From: Acidobacteriota bacterium
GTDB taxonomy: Bacteria; Acidobacteriota; Vicinamibacteria; Vicinamibacterales; UBA2999
Assembly (NCBI GenBank): GCA_021730945.1
Contig: JAKFYH010000005.1
Location: 34 to 64,033 of the forward strand
Reading direction: 5' to 3'
Length of the DNA: 64,000 nucleotides
The notes under the pieces were generated by a model that had not been told where the DNA came from, did not search any database, and was given only the letters and a program-made list of their open reading frames with translations. Position 1 is the first letter of the stretch, and every line of letters starts with the position of its first letter. A program made the translations under genes and the position numbers. This document shows positions 49,680 through 57,943 of this stretch, in pieces.

Positions 49680-50647
49680 TTCTCGTCATCGCGGAACAAC
49701 AACAGGGCAAGCTGAATCGAGCCAGTTGGGAAGCCATTGCGGCCGCCCAACAGCTTTCTGGCGGCGCCATGCCGATCAAGGTGGCCGTGGCTGGGAGCGG
49801 CGTCGCGGCCGTGGCGGCAGAACTCGCCCAGGCGGACGTCGCCGAGGTGTTGACGCTCGACAGCCCGGCGCTGGCCGTCTACACGCCCGACGGCTTCGTA
49901 CAAGCCTTTCAGCAGGTGATTGCGCAGGTCGCACCGGCGTACGTGTTCTTCTCGCACACCTACCAGACGCGCGACTTCTCGCCGACACTGGCGACGCGCA
50001 TGGATCGCGCGCTGGTGACCGACGTGATCGCCATCCGGCCGGTGGGCGGCGCCACCGCGTTCGCGCGGCCGATGTTCCAGGGCAAGCTCGTGGCCGATGT
50101 CGTGCCGCAGGGCGAGGGCCCGTTCCTGATCAGTATCCAGATCGGTGCTTATCGCGCCGATGCGGCGACGAAGGGTAGCGCGGCGGCGCCGATTGCGGCG
50201 GCCAGCGTCACGATCGACGAAGCGAAGATTCGCCAGAAGCCCGAGGCGCCGTTCCAGGAGGCCAAGCAGGCCGTCGACCTGTCGCAGGCCGAGCGGATTG
50301 TTTCGGTCGGCCGCGGCATCAAGGCGGTGGAGAACATCGCCATCGCCGAACAGCTGGCCAAGGCCTTCGGCGCTGAGCTGGCGGCTTCGCGGCCAATCTG
50401 TGACAACGGCTGGCTGCCCATGGAGCGGCAGATCGGCAGCTCGGGCCAGACCGTGGCGCCGAAGCTGTATGTCGCGCTCGGTATCTCGGGCGCCATCCAG
50501 CACCTGGTTGGCATGAAAGGCTCGCGCGTGATCGTCGCCATCAACAAGGATGCCGACGCCCCGATCTTCGAGGTGGCCGACTACGGCATCCAGGGCGACC
50601 TGTTCGAGCTGGCGCCGGCAATTATCGCGGAACTCCAGAAGGCTTGA
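49676..50647 (+). CDS. etfA: Electron transfer flavoprotein alpha subunit
   Basis: GTGA overlap; C-terminal FAD-binding region ...VSVGRG...PKLYVALGISGAIQHLVGM.... Confidence 0.9.
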   Translation: MILVIAEQQQGKLNRASWEAIAAAQQLSGGAMPIKVAVAGSGVAAVAAELAQADVAEVLTLDSPALAVYTPDGFVQAFQQVIAQVAPAYVFFSHTYQTRDFSPTLATRMDRALVTDVIAIRPVGGATAFARPMFQGKLVADVVPQGEGPFLISIQIGAYRADAATKGSAAAPIAAASVTIDEAKIRQKPEAPFQEAKQAVDLSQAERIVSVGRGIKAVENIAIAEQLAKAFGAELAASRPICDNGWLPMERQIGSSGQTVAPKLYVALGISGAIQHLVGMKGSRVIVAINKDADAPIFEVADYGIQGDLFELAPAIIAELQKA

Positions 50648-50670
50648 GGCTTGGGACGTGAGCAGAGCTG

Positions 50671-52332
50671 ATGGCCGAGCGTGAAACTCTTGAAGTCGAT
50701 GTCCTGATTGTCGGTGGCGGCCCGGCCGGGTTGTCGGCGGCGCTGCGCCTGGCGCAGATCCAGAAGCAGAAGGGCGGCGAGCCGCTCGCGATCGCGGTGA
50801 TTGAAAAGGCCGCCAACGCCGGGCAGCACCAGTTGTCGGGCGCCCTGCTCGATCCGTCGACGCTGCGCGACCTGATTCCCGACTTCCTGGCCAAAGGCGC
50901 CCCGCTCGCCCAGGAAGTGCTGCAGGACAACATCTACTTCCTGACGGCAGACGGCAAGGTCCGGCTGCCGATCACGCCGCCGCCGTTTCAGAACCACGGC
51001 AACTACATCATCTCCCTCAACCAGTTCGCGAAATGGCTGGCGGGGCAGGTGGAGGCCGAGGGCATCGACCTGTTCATGGGGTTCCCCGGGCAGACGGTGT
51101 TATTCGATGGCGATCGGGTCATTGGCGTGCGCACCGGCGACCGCGGACTGGGCAAAGACGGCCAGCCCAAAGGGGCGTTCGAGCCGGGGGCCGACATCCA
51201 CGCCAAGGTCACAATCTTCGCCGACGGCCCGCGCGGGCACCTCACCAAGCAACTGATCCAGACGCTCCACCTGTCGGCCGAGTCGGAACCAGCGCAGTTT
51301 GCGATCGGCATCAAGGAACTGTGGGACATCCCGAAGCATCGGCTCGCACCCGGCACGGTGATTCATACGCTGGGCTATCCGCTGCGCGATGAGGAATTTG
51401 GCGGCAGCTGGCTCTATGCGCTGCCCGACGGTCGCATTTCGATCGGCTTCGTCGTCGGGCTCGACTACAAGGATCCGCTGTTCGATCCGCATGCGGCGTT
51501 CCAGCACTTCAAGCGTCACCCGTTCATCAGCGGCATCCTCGACGGCGGCACCGTGGTGCGCTACGGCGCCAAGGCGCTGCCCGAAGGCGGCTGGAACACG
51601 CAGCCGCGCCTGCATTTCGACGGGGGCGTAATTGTCGGCGACGCCGCCAACTTCGTGAACTCGACGCGGCTGAAGGGCATTCACCTGGCCATGCGCAGCG
51701 GCATGCTGGCTGCCGAGGCGGCCTTCGACGCCGTCAGGTCGGGTGACACGAGTGCCGCGTCACTCGGCCGCTACAAGACCCTGGTCGACGCCAGCGCGAT
51801 TAAGGCCGAGCTGTATCCGGTTCGCAACGTGCACCAGGCGTTCGGTGCCGGCACCATGTTCGGCGGCGCCTACGCCGGGATTGCCATGTTCACCAACGGC
51901 AGGGGCCTGCCCGATATTGCCGGGCATGCCGGTCACCTGGCCATGCGGACGATTGCCGACTATTACGGCATGAGCAAGCGCGACATCCTGGTGCCGTCGA
52001 ATGCCGCGCCGATCGATCGCAAGATCACGTTCGACAAGGTCACCGGCGCGCACTATTCCGGCACGCACCATGACGAGAATCAGCCGGTGCACCTGCTGGT
52101 GCAGACCGACGTCTGTCACAGCATCTGCGGACCGGAGTACGGCCACCCCTGCGTGCGGTTCTGCCCGGCCAATGTCTACGAGATGGTCGACAACGGTGCC
52201 GGTGGACTGAAGCTGCAGATCAACGCGTCGAACTGCGTCCACTGCAAGACGTGCGACATCATGGATCCCTACGGCGTTATTACGTGGGTGGCGCCCGAAG
52301 GGGGCGAGGGGCCGTCTTACGACGGGATGTAG
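50671..52332 (+). CDS. Electron transfer flavoprotein-ubiquinone oxidoreductase (ETF-QO)
   Basis: DVLIVGGGPAGLSAA FAD motif; C-terminal 4Fe-4S region ...CPANVYE...NCVHCKTCDI. Confidence 0.9.
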   Translation: MAERETLEVDVLIVGGGPAGLSAALRLAQIQKQKGGEPLAIAVIEKAANAGQHQLSGALLDPSTLRDLIPDFLAKGAPLAQEVLQDNIYFLTADGKVRLPITPPPFQNHGNYIISLNQFAKWLAGQVEAEGIDLFMGFPGQTVLFDGDRVIGVRTGDRGLGKDGQPKGAFEPGADIHAKVTIFADGPRGHLTKQLIQTLHLSAESEPAQFAIGIKELWDIPKHRLAPGTVIHTLGYPLRDEEFGGSWLYALPDGRISIGFVVGLDYKDPLFDPHAAFQHFKRHPFISGILDGGTVVRYGAKALPEGGWNTQPRLHFDGGVIVGDAANFVNSTRLKGIHLAMRSGMLAAEAAFDAVRSGDTSAASLGRYKTLVDASAIKAELYPVRNVHQAFGAGTMFGGAYAGIAMFTNGRGLPDIAGHAGHLAMRTIADYYGMSKRDILVPSNAAPIDRKITFDKVTGAHYSGTHHDENQPVHLLVQTDVCHSICGPEYGHPCVRFCPANVYEMVDNGAGGLKLQINASNCVHCKTCDIMDPYGVITWVAPEGGEGPSYDGM

Positions 52333-52360
52333 CCGGCCCGGCGGCCCGGCACTCGCACTG

Positions 52361-52429
52361 GTGCCTACCGGTGCGTACGGTGCCTAGCGGTGCCTAAGGG
52401 GTTGGTGCCATAGTGCCATCGTGCCAAGG
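52361..52429. repeat. Seven tandem 8-15-mers (gtgcc/gtgcg-NNNN) upstream of the DUF374 gene
   Basis: gtgcctaccg gtgcgtacg gtgcctagcg gtgcctaaggggttg gtgccata gtgccatc gtgccaagg. Confidence 0.8.
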
Positions 52430-53104
52430 ATGAGCGAGACTTCCGATTGGCGGCAGTCGCTGCGCAAGCGCGTTGAAGTGGCTGCCATCGCCACTCTGGG
52501 CTATCCCGTCGTTCGCGCGTTGACCTCAACCTGGACCTGGAAGGTGAGTGGCGCCGAGCACGTCGATGCCATCACCGCCGCCGGGCATCACCCCATCCTC
52601 GCCCTCTGGCACGGCCGCATTCTGGCCGCCACCCCCTATTTTGCCAATCGCGGCATCGTCGCCATGGCCAGCGAGAACTTCGATGGCGAGTGGATTGCCA
52701 GGCTGCTCGGGAAGTTCGGCTACGGTGCGGCCCGCGGATCCACCTCCAGGGGCGGTTCGGCGGCCCTGAGGCAGCTTGTGAGAGACGTCAAGGCCCACGG
52801 GGTGGCCTTCACCCTGGATGGCCCACGCGGCCCCGCAGAGGTCGCGCAGCCCGGCGCGGTGTGGCTGGCCAGGGCCACCGGGCAGCCGCTGCTGCCGTTC
52901 CACTCCGAGGCGGCGTCCAGCTGGACGCTGAAAAGCTGGGACCGCACACAGATTCCAAAGCCGTTCACGACGGTGGCCATGGCCGTTCGCCAGCCGATCT
53001 ACGTGTCCCGGGACGCAGACGCAAACGCCCTGGAAGCGTGTCGGCTCGAATTGGAAGCGTCCCTCCGGGCAGCGCAGTTGGAGTGCCGCAAGCTGCTTTC
53101 CTAG
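52421..53104 (+). CDS. DUF374-family (lysophospholipid acyltransferase-like) protein
   Basis: LALWHGRIL...ASENFDGEWIARLL..FGYGAARGSTSRGG..AL...V......FTLDGPRGP. Start may be GTG 52421 or ATG 52430. Confidence 0.75.
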   Translation: MPRMSETSDWRQSLRKRVEVAAIATLGYPVVRALTSTWTWKVSGAEHVDAITAAGHHPILALWHGRILAATPYFANRGIVAMASENFDGEWIARLLGKFGYGAARGSTSRGGSAALRQLVRDVKAHGVAFTLDGPRGPAEVAQPGAVWLARATGQPLLPFHSEAASSWTLKSWDRTQIPKPFTTVAMAVRQPIYVSRDADANALEACRLELEASLRAAQLECRKLLS

Positions 53105-53191
53105 CGACCGCAGGTTGGTGTCCTTACGGGCCACAGATTTCACAGATTCACACAGATGTAAGGCGGCCCGACGCGGAGCTTCGCTCCCGCG

Positions 53192-53299
53192 GACCGAGCA
53201 GGCAGAACCCGAAAACGAGAGTGCCCATTAACGATCGTCACTCTCGTTTCCGGGTTCTACCTGCTCGGTCAGGCCGGTTGGGAGAACACCAACCGGCCT
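53192..53299 (-). ncRNA. Candidate structured RNA or REP-like element: 32-bp helix plus an adjacent perfect 11-bp hairpin
   Basis: Arms 53192-53223 and 53239-53270 are complementary at 30/32, and both mismatches are G-U pairs only if transcribed from the minus strand. Second hairpin: 53271-53281 with 53289-53299. Confidence 0.35.
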
Positions 53300-53414
53300 G
53301 CGCCGGGCCGCCGTGTCTTGTGTCGCTGCGGCGGTCGCCACGTTGCTGAATCGGCGTCCAATCTGCGGCTGTCTTCGACGGCCAGATGCGGTGACGCTCG
53401 CTTGGGATCGCGCC

Positions 53415-53420
53415 TATAAT
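53415..53420 (+). promoter_or_regulatory. -10-like TATAAT upstream of the kinase locus
   Basis: Perfect TATAAT 11 nt before ATG 53432. Confidence 0.35.
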
Positions 53421-53431
53421 CCGGCCTGCGC

Positions 53432-53572
53432 ATGAGCTTGACGCCCGGCACCCGTCTCGGTCCCTACGAAGTGATCGCCAAGGTCGGAGAAGGGGGCCCG
53501 CCTTCGCTCGTGGGTGATGAGCGCGAGCTTCGGCGAGATCTCGCCGTAGCCCAACGGGGCTCGACATGGTGA
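53432..53572 (+). other. 46-codon upstream ORF whose first 22 codons duplicate a Ser/Thr-kinase N-terminus (relic or uORF)
   Basis: MSLTPGTRLGPYEVIAKVGEGG then unrelated sequence. Stops at TGA 53570-72, overlapping the kinase ATG 53566 in another frame. Confidence 0.5.
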
Positions 53573-56241
53573 TCGGCGACCGAGTCGGGCCGTACACCGT
53601 CGTCGGGATGTTGGGCGCAGGCGGAATGGGCGAGGTGTATCGCGCCACCGACACCAAGCTCAATCGCGACGCGGCGCTGAAGATTCTGCCCGAGAGCCTC
53701 ACGGCCGATCCCGATCGGCGCGCCCGTTTCACGCGCGAAGCGCAGGTGCTGGCGTCACTGAGCCACCCGAATATCGCCGGTATCTACGGGTTCGAAGACG
53801 CATCGGGCGTTCCTGTCTTGGCGATGGAGTTTGTCGAGGGCGAAGACCTCTCGACGATCATCGCGCGCGGAGCCATTCCACTGGCCGACGCGCTGCCGCT
53901 GGCCCGCCAGATTGCCGAGGCCCTGGAAGCCGCGCACGAGCAGGGCATCGTCCATCGCGATCTGAAACCAGCCAACGTGAAGGTTCGGCCAGACGGCACG
54001 GTGAAGGTGCTGGACTTCGGGCTCGCCAAGGCGCTTGATCAGGGATCGGGGATCGGGGATCAGGGATCGGGGGGAGCGGCGAACTCGCCGACCATCACCA
54101 CGCCCGCGATGACCATGCGCGGCATGATCCTTGGCACCGCCGCCTACATGTCGCCGGAGCAGGCGAAGGGTAAGCCGGTCGACAAGCGCGCCGACATCTG
54201 GGCGTTTGGCGCGGTGTTGTACGAGATGCTCTCGGGCCGGCGCGCCTTCCAGGGGGAAGGGGTGAGCGAGACGCTGGCCGCGGTGATCAAGGACGCGCCG
54301 GAACTCACCTTGCTGCCGACGACAACGCCCCTTCGGATTCGGGCGCTGATCGAGCGGTGTCTCGAGCGTGATGTGAAACGGCGGCTGCGTGACATCGGCG
54401 AGGCGCGCATCACGCTGACGGGCTCCGTCGAGCCGGCACCACCGTCGCGTGAGGTGCAGCCCGTCCGACGCGCATTGATGGGGTGGATGGCCGCCGGTAT
54501 CGCCGTGCTCGTCGCCGGCGCGCTGGCCGTGCCCGCCTGGCGCTACGTCACCGCTGTTACCGGCACGGTACCCCCGGCCCAGTTCGCTTTGTCCGCACCC
54601 GATGGAAGCGATCTGCAATCCATGGTGTCGGTGTTACCGGATGGCCGATCGGTAGTTTTCGTGAGCGGCTCTGCGGGATCCCAGCGCCTGTGGCGCCGTC
54701 GTCTGGATTCAATGGACACGACCGAGCTGGTGGCGGCACAAGGTGGGAATTATCCGTTCTGGTCCCCCGACAGCACGCAGCTCGCGTACTTCGCCGCGGG
54801 CCAGTTGAAGGTTGTCGATATGGCGACCGGTTCGGCCAGAGTGGTGTGCGCCGACGCCAGGGGCGACTTCGGAGGCTCGTGGAACCGTGATGGCACCATC
54901 CTGTTTGGCGGTTCCGCCGGACTGCTGCGCGTGCCGGGCGCGGGCGGGACGCCCGTGCCCGTCGCCATGAACGACGGGGCCGCTCCAACGGCTGTCCGCC
55001 TGCGGCCCGACTTCCTGCCAGATGGGCGCCATTTTCTCTATTCCGTCAGGGCGGCCTCGTTTGCGGAAGGCAACACGATGGACATTTACATCGGCGACCT
55101 CCAATCCGGTGGTGGCACGCGCCTGCTGACGGCGGAGTCTCATGCCGTGGCCACTCCAGGCTTCGTCCTGTTCGCCCGCGCAGGCACCCTGTTCGCCCAG
55201 CCGTTTGACGCCGACTCGCTTGAGTTGTCAGGCACCGCTCAGCCGTTGCAGCGGGTGGGGCCGCGCCTGCAACCTTTTGCCGTGTCGCAGAACGGCGTCC
55301 TGGCCCTGCGCCCGGGCGACACCGGGCGCCCGCCAAGTGACCTGGTGTGGATCGATCGGCGCGGGGTCGAGATCGGAAAACTGAAGAAGCCACCAACCGG
55401 CGACTACGCGCATCCGGCTCTCTCGCCAGACGGGCAACAAGTGGCCGTCAACAGCCTCGACCCACGATCCGGCCGAAACGGCATCTGGATTATCGACACC
55501 GCCCGCGACGTGGCGGAACGGTTCACCGTCGGCGACGGTTGGAGCGCCGATCCCGTCTGGTCTCCGGACGGACGCCGCCTGGCTTTCGTAACCGAACACG
55601 ATGGTCGTCTGCAGATCGTGTCTAAGGCGCTCGATGGCTCCGGCGAAGACGTGCTCGAGGATCTGGGGCCGGGCAGGGCCTCGGATGTGCTGCGGGTGAC
55701 CACGACGGATTGGTCACCTGACGGGAAGTTGATCGTATATTCCATCGACGCCGGCCGTACCAACCAGGGCCTCCGCGTGCTCTCGGTTGCGGATCGGACG
55801 TCCAGTCCACTTGGCATGACTTCCGTGAGGCCATATGGCGCAAGGTTCTCTCGAGACGGACGATGGATCGCCTATAGCGCACGGGACTCGGGGACATCCG
55901 AGGTCTACATCGCCGCGTTCCCTGGACTCGATCGCAGACGCCAGGTATCGAACGACGGAGCCGTCCATCCGCGATGGGGCAAGAACGATCGTGAGGTGTT
56001 CTACACGCCTCTCAATTCGGCTGGCATCAGCGTGGTGCCCTTGACGGAGTCGGGCGCCGACCTTCGCCCGGGCGTCTCGCGCGTCGTCTACGACCGCGAT
56101 TTGAGGTCGCTCCTCGACAACCGGAACCACTACACGGCGACGGCCGATGGCGACCGCCTGCTCGTGCGGCAGCCGATTGGCGGCGCCGCCCTGTCGACGG
56201 TGCGCGTTCTGGTGAACTGGCCGGCGATGCTGCAGAAATAG
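53566..56241 (+). CDS. Ser/Thr protein kinase with one TM segment and C-terminal TolB-like (PD40/WD40-like) beta-propeller repeats
   Basis: GAGGMGEVYRA, HRDLKPANV, DFGLAK, SPEQ. TM segment WMAAGIAVLVAGALAVPAW. Repeated WSPDG/LSPDG/FSRDG motifs. Confidence 0.9.
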   Translation: MVIGDRVGPYTVVGMLGAGGMGEVYRATDTKLNRDAALKILPESLTADPDRRARFTREAQVLASLSHPNIAGIYGFEDASGVPVLAMEFVEGEDLSTIIARGAIPLADALPLARQIAEALEAAHEQGIVHRDLKPANVKVRPDGTVKVLDFGLAKALDQGSGIGDQGSGGAANSPTITTPAMTMRGMILGTAAYMSPEQAKGKPVDKRADIWAFGAVLYEMLSGRRAFQGEGVSETLAAVIKDAPELTLLPTTTPLRIRALIERCLERDVKRRLRDIGEARITLTGSVEPAPPSREVQPVRRALMGWMAAGIAVLVAGALAVPAWRYVTAVTGTVPPAQFALSAPDGSDLQSMVSVLPDGRSVVFVSGSAGSQRLWRRRLDSMDTTELVAAQGGNYPFWSPDSTQLAYFAAGQLKVVDMATGSARVVCADARGDFGGSWNRDGTILFGGSAGLLRVPGAGGTPVPVAMNDGAAPTAVRLRPDFLPDGRHFLYSVRAASFAEGNTMDIYIGDLQSGGGTRLLTAESHAVATPGFVLFARAGTLFAQPFDADSLELSGTAQPLQRVGPRLQPFAVSQNGVLALRPGDTGRPPSDLVWIDRRGVEIGKLKKPPTGDYAHPALSPDGQQVAVNSLDPRSGRNGIWIIDTARDVAERFTVGDGWSADPVWSPDGRRLAFVTEHDGRLQIVSKALDGSGEDVLEDLGPGRASDVLRVTTTDWSPDGKLIVYSIDAGRTNQGLRVLSVADRTSSPLGMTSVRPYGARFSRDGRWIAYSARDSGTSEVYIAAFPGLDRRRQVSNDGAVHPRWGKNDREVFYTPLNSAGISVVPLTESGADLRPGVSRVVYDRDLRSLLDNRNHYTATADGDRLLVRQPIGGAALSTVRVLVNWPAMLQK

Positions 56242-56312
56242 CTGCGCCGTTGCCAGCCTGAGTGTTCAACGTGTTCCTGATCCGGACGTCCGCTGCTCCG
56301 AAGTGGCGCGGC

Positions 56313-56350
56313 TTGACGTCGTTGGCAGGTGGGCATATGCTGGCATATGT
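56313..56350 (+). promoter_or_regulatory. Candidate vapBC promoter with overlapping operator
   Basis: TTGACG (56313-18), a 17-nt spacer, then TATGCT (56336-41). The palindrome GCATATGC (56333-40) and near-repeat GCATATGT (56343-50) overlap the -10. Confidence 0.45.
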
Positions 56351-56605
56351 ATGGGGAATCAAGCGGCGATCGTGCCTGCCGAACGGCGCGTAAAGGTGTT
56401 TCGCAACGGTCGCAATCTGGCCGTGCGCATCCCCAGGGAGTTTGAGTTCCCTGGCGACGAAGCCGTGATGCGAAAGGAGGGCGGGCGGCTGGTGATCGAG
56501 CCGACGCCGTCGCGGTCGCTGCTCGGGGTGTTGTCGCGATTGAAGCCCCTGAAGGAGACGTTCCCGGACATCACCGACGAGCCGCCCACGCCCGTGACGT
56601 TCTGA
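56351..56605 (+). CDS. vapB: Type II antitoxin, AbrB/MazE/SpoVT-fold (VapB-like)
   Basis: RRVKVFRNGRNLAVRIPREFEFPGDEAVMRKEGGRLVIEP. Lies 1 nt upstream of the PIN gene. Confidence 0.8.
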   Translation: MGNQAAIVPAERRVKVFRNGRNLAVRIPREFEFPGDEAVMRKEGGRLVIEPTPSRSLLGVLSRLKPLKETFPDITDEPPTPVTF

Positions 56606-56606
56606 C

Positions 56607-57005
56607 ATGCGGTTCCTGCTCGATACCAACGCCGTTTCAGATCTGGTTCGCAACCCCCAAGGACAGTGTGCCTCCCGAATCGCCGGCGTCGGCGAACGCA
56701 ACGTCTGCACCAGCATAATCGTCGCGTCCGAACTTCGGTATGGCGCGCTGAAGCGGAACTCAACCCGCCTGACGCGCCAGGTCGAAGCCGTTCTCGGCGC
56801 CATTGAGATTGCGGCCTACGAGTCGCCTGCCGATAGGATCTACGCGCGAGTCCGCACCAGGCTGGAGAAGGCCGGCACACCGATTGGCGGCAACGACCTG
56901 CTGATTGCCAGCCATGCCATGGCCCTGGACCTGACACTGGTCACCGCCAACGAGCGCGAGTCCGCCCGGGTCAAGGGGCTTCGGATTGAAAACTGGTTGG
57001 CATAA
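56607..57005 (+). CDS. vapC: Type II toxin, PIN-domain ribonuclease VapC
   Basis: MRFLLDTNAVSDL... with a conserved Asp at position 6, ...SELRYG..., ...GGNDLLIASHA... Confidence 0.88.
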   Translation: MRFLLDTNAVSDLVRNPQGQCASRIAGVGERNVCTSIIVASELRYGALKRNSTRLTRQVEAVLGAIEIAAYESPADRIYARVRTRLEKAGTPIGGNDLLIASHAMALDLTLVTANERESARVKGLRIENWLA

Positions 57006-57013
57006 CCTAAGAC

Positions 57014-57943
57014 ATGCCGTTAGTTCTCGTCAGCTCACCCCGATTTGTCGATCACGTCACGCCTGCTGGACACCCGGAGCGGCCGGAGCGCGCCGAGACG
57101 CTTGAGGCGGTCGCCGCTCGGTTCCGAGAGACCGGCGGCATGGTGTTGGAGCCGCGATCGGCCACCGACGACGACCTCGCCCGGATCCATACGCGGGAGC
57201 ACATCGCCGGCATCGCGGCGAGGCGGGGCCGGGCCTCGATGATCGACGAGGACACGTTCACATCGCCCGAGTCCGACGACATCGCCAGGCTGGCGGCGGG
57301 CGCCGTCCTCACCGCCGTGGACCAAGTGCTCGACGGCCCGGCCGGCTCCCGGGCCCTCGCGTTGGTGCGGCCGCCCGGCCACCACGCCGAGGCCGACAAG
57401 GCGATGGGCTTTTGCCTCTACAACAACATCGCCGTCGGCGCGGCCTACGCGCGTTCGCGCGGCCTGTCGCGGGTCGCCATCGTCGACTACGACGTGCACC
57501 ACGGCAATGGCACGCAGTGGAGCTTCTATGATGACCCGGCGGTGCTGTTTGTCTCGTCGCATCAGTTCCCGTTCTACCCGGGCACCGGCGCGGCGTCAGA
57601 AACCGGACGAGGCGCCGGACTGGGCTTCACGCTGAACGTGCCTCTCACCATGGGCGATCGAGACGAGGTGGTGGAGCGGACCTACGCAGAGGTGGTGTTG
57701 CCTCGTCTCCGCGAGTTCAAGCCCGAACTGCTGATGATCTCCGCCGGGTTCGACGCCCACGAGATGGACCCGCTGGGGCAACTGCGCATGACCACCGCCG
57801 GCTTTGCCCGCCTCACCAAGGCGCTGCTCGGCGTCGCCGACCAGGTATGCCAGGGCAAGGTGGTGTTGGTCACCGAAGGCGGTTACGACCTGCAGGCCCT
57901 CTCAGACAGCCTGGATGCGGTGATCGAGGTCTTGAGGGCTTGA
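57014..57943 (+). CDS. Histone deacetylase-family (acetoin utilisation/acetylpolyamine amidohydrolase-like) protein
   Basis: RPPGHHAE...GFCLYNNIAV...DYDVHHGNGTQ...EGGY. Confidence 0.9.
   Translation: MPLVLVSSPRFVDHVTPAGHPERPERAETLEAVAARFRETGGMVLEPRSATDDDLARIHTREHIAGIAARRGRASMIDEDTFTSPESDDIARLAAGAVLTAVDQVLDGPAGSRALALVRPPGHHAEADKAMGFCLYNNIAVGAAYARSRGLSRVAIVDYDVHHGNGTQWSFYDDPAVLFVSSHQFPFYPGTGAASETGRGAGLGFTLNVPLTMGDRDEVVERTYAEVVLPRLREFKPELLMISAGFDAHEMDPLGQLRMTTAGFARLTKALLGVADQVCQGKVVLVTEGGYDLQALSDSLDAVIEVLRA

Noticed and set aside
52690-53732. ORFs 52690-53349 (+) and 53238-53732 (-) spanning the structured intergenic region.
   Set aside because: They have no family resemblance and biased composition. 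They run through inverted repeats and overlap real genes, so the region is treated as non-coding.
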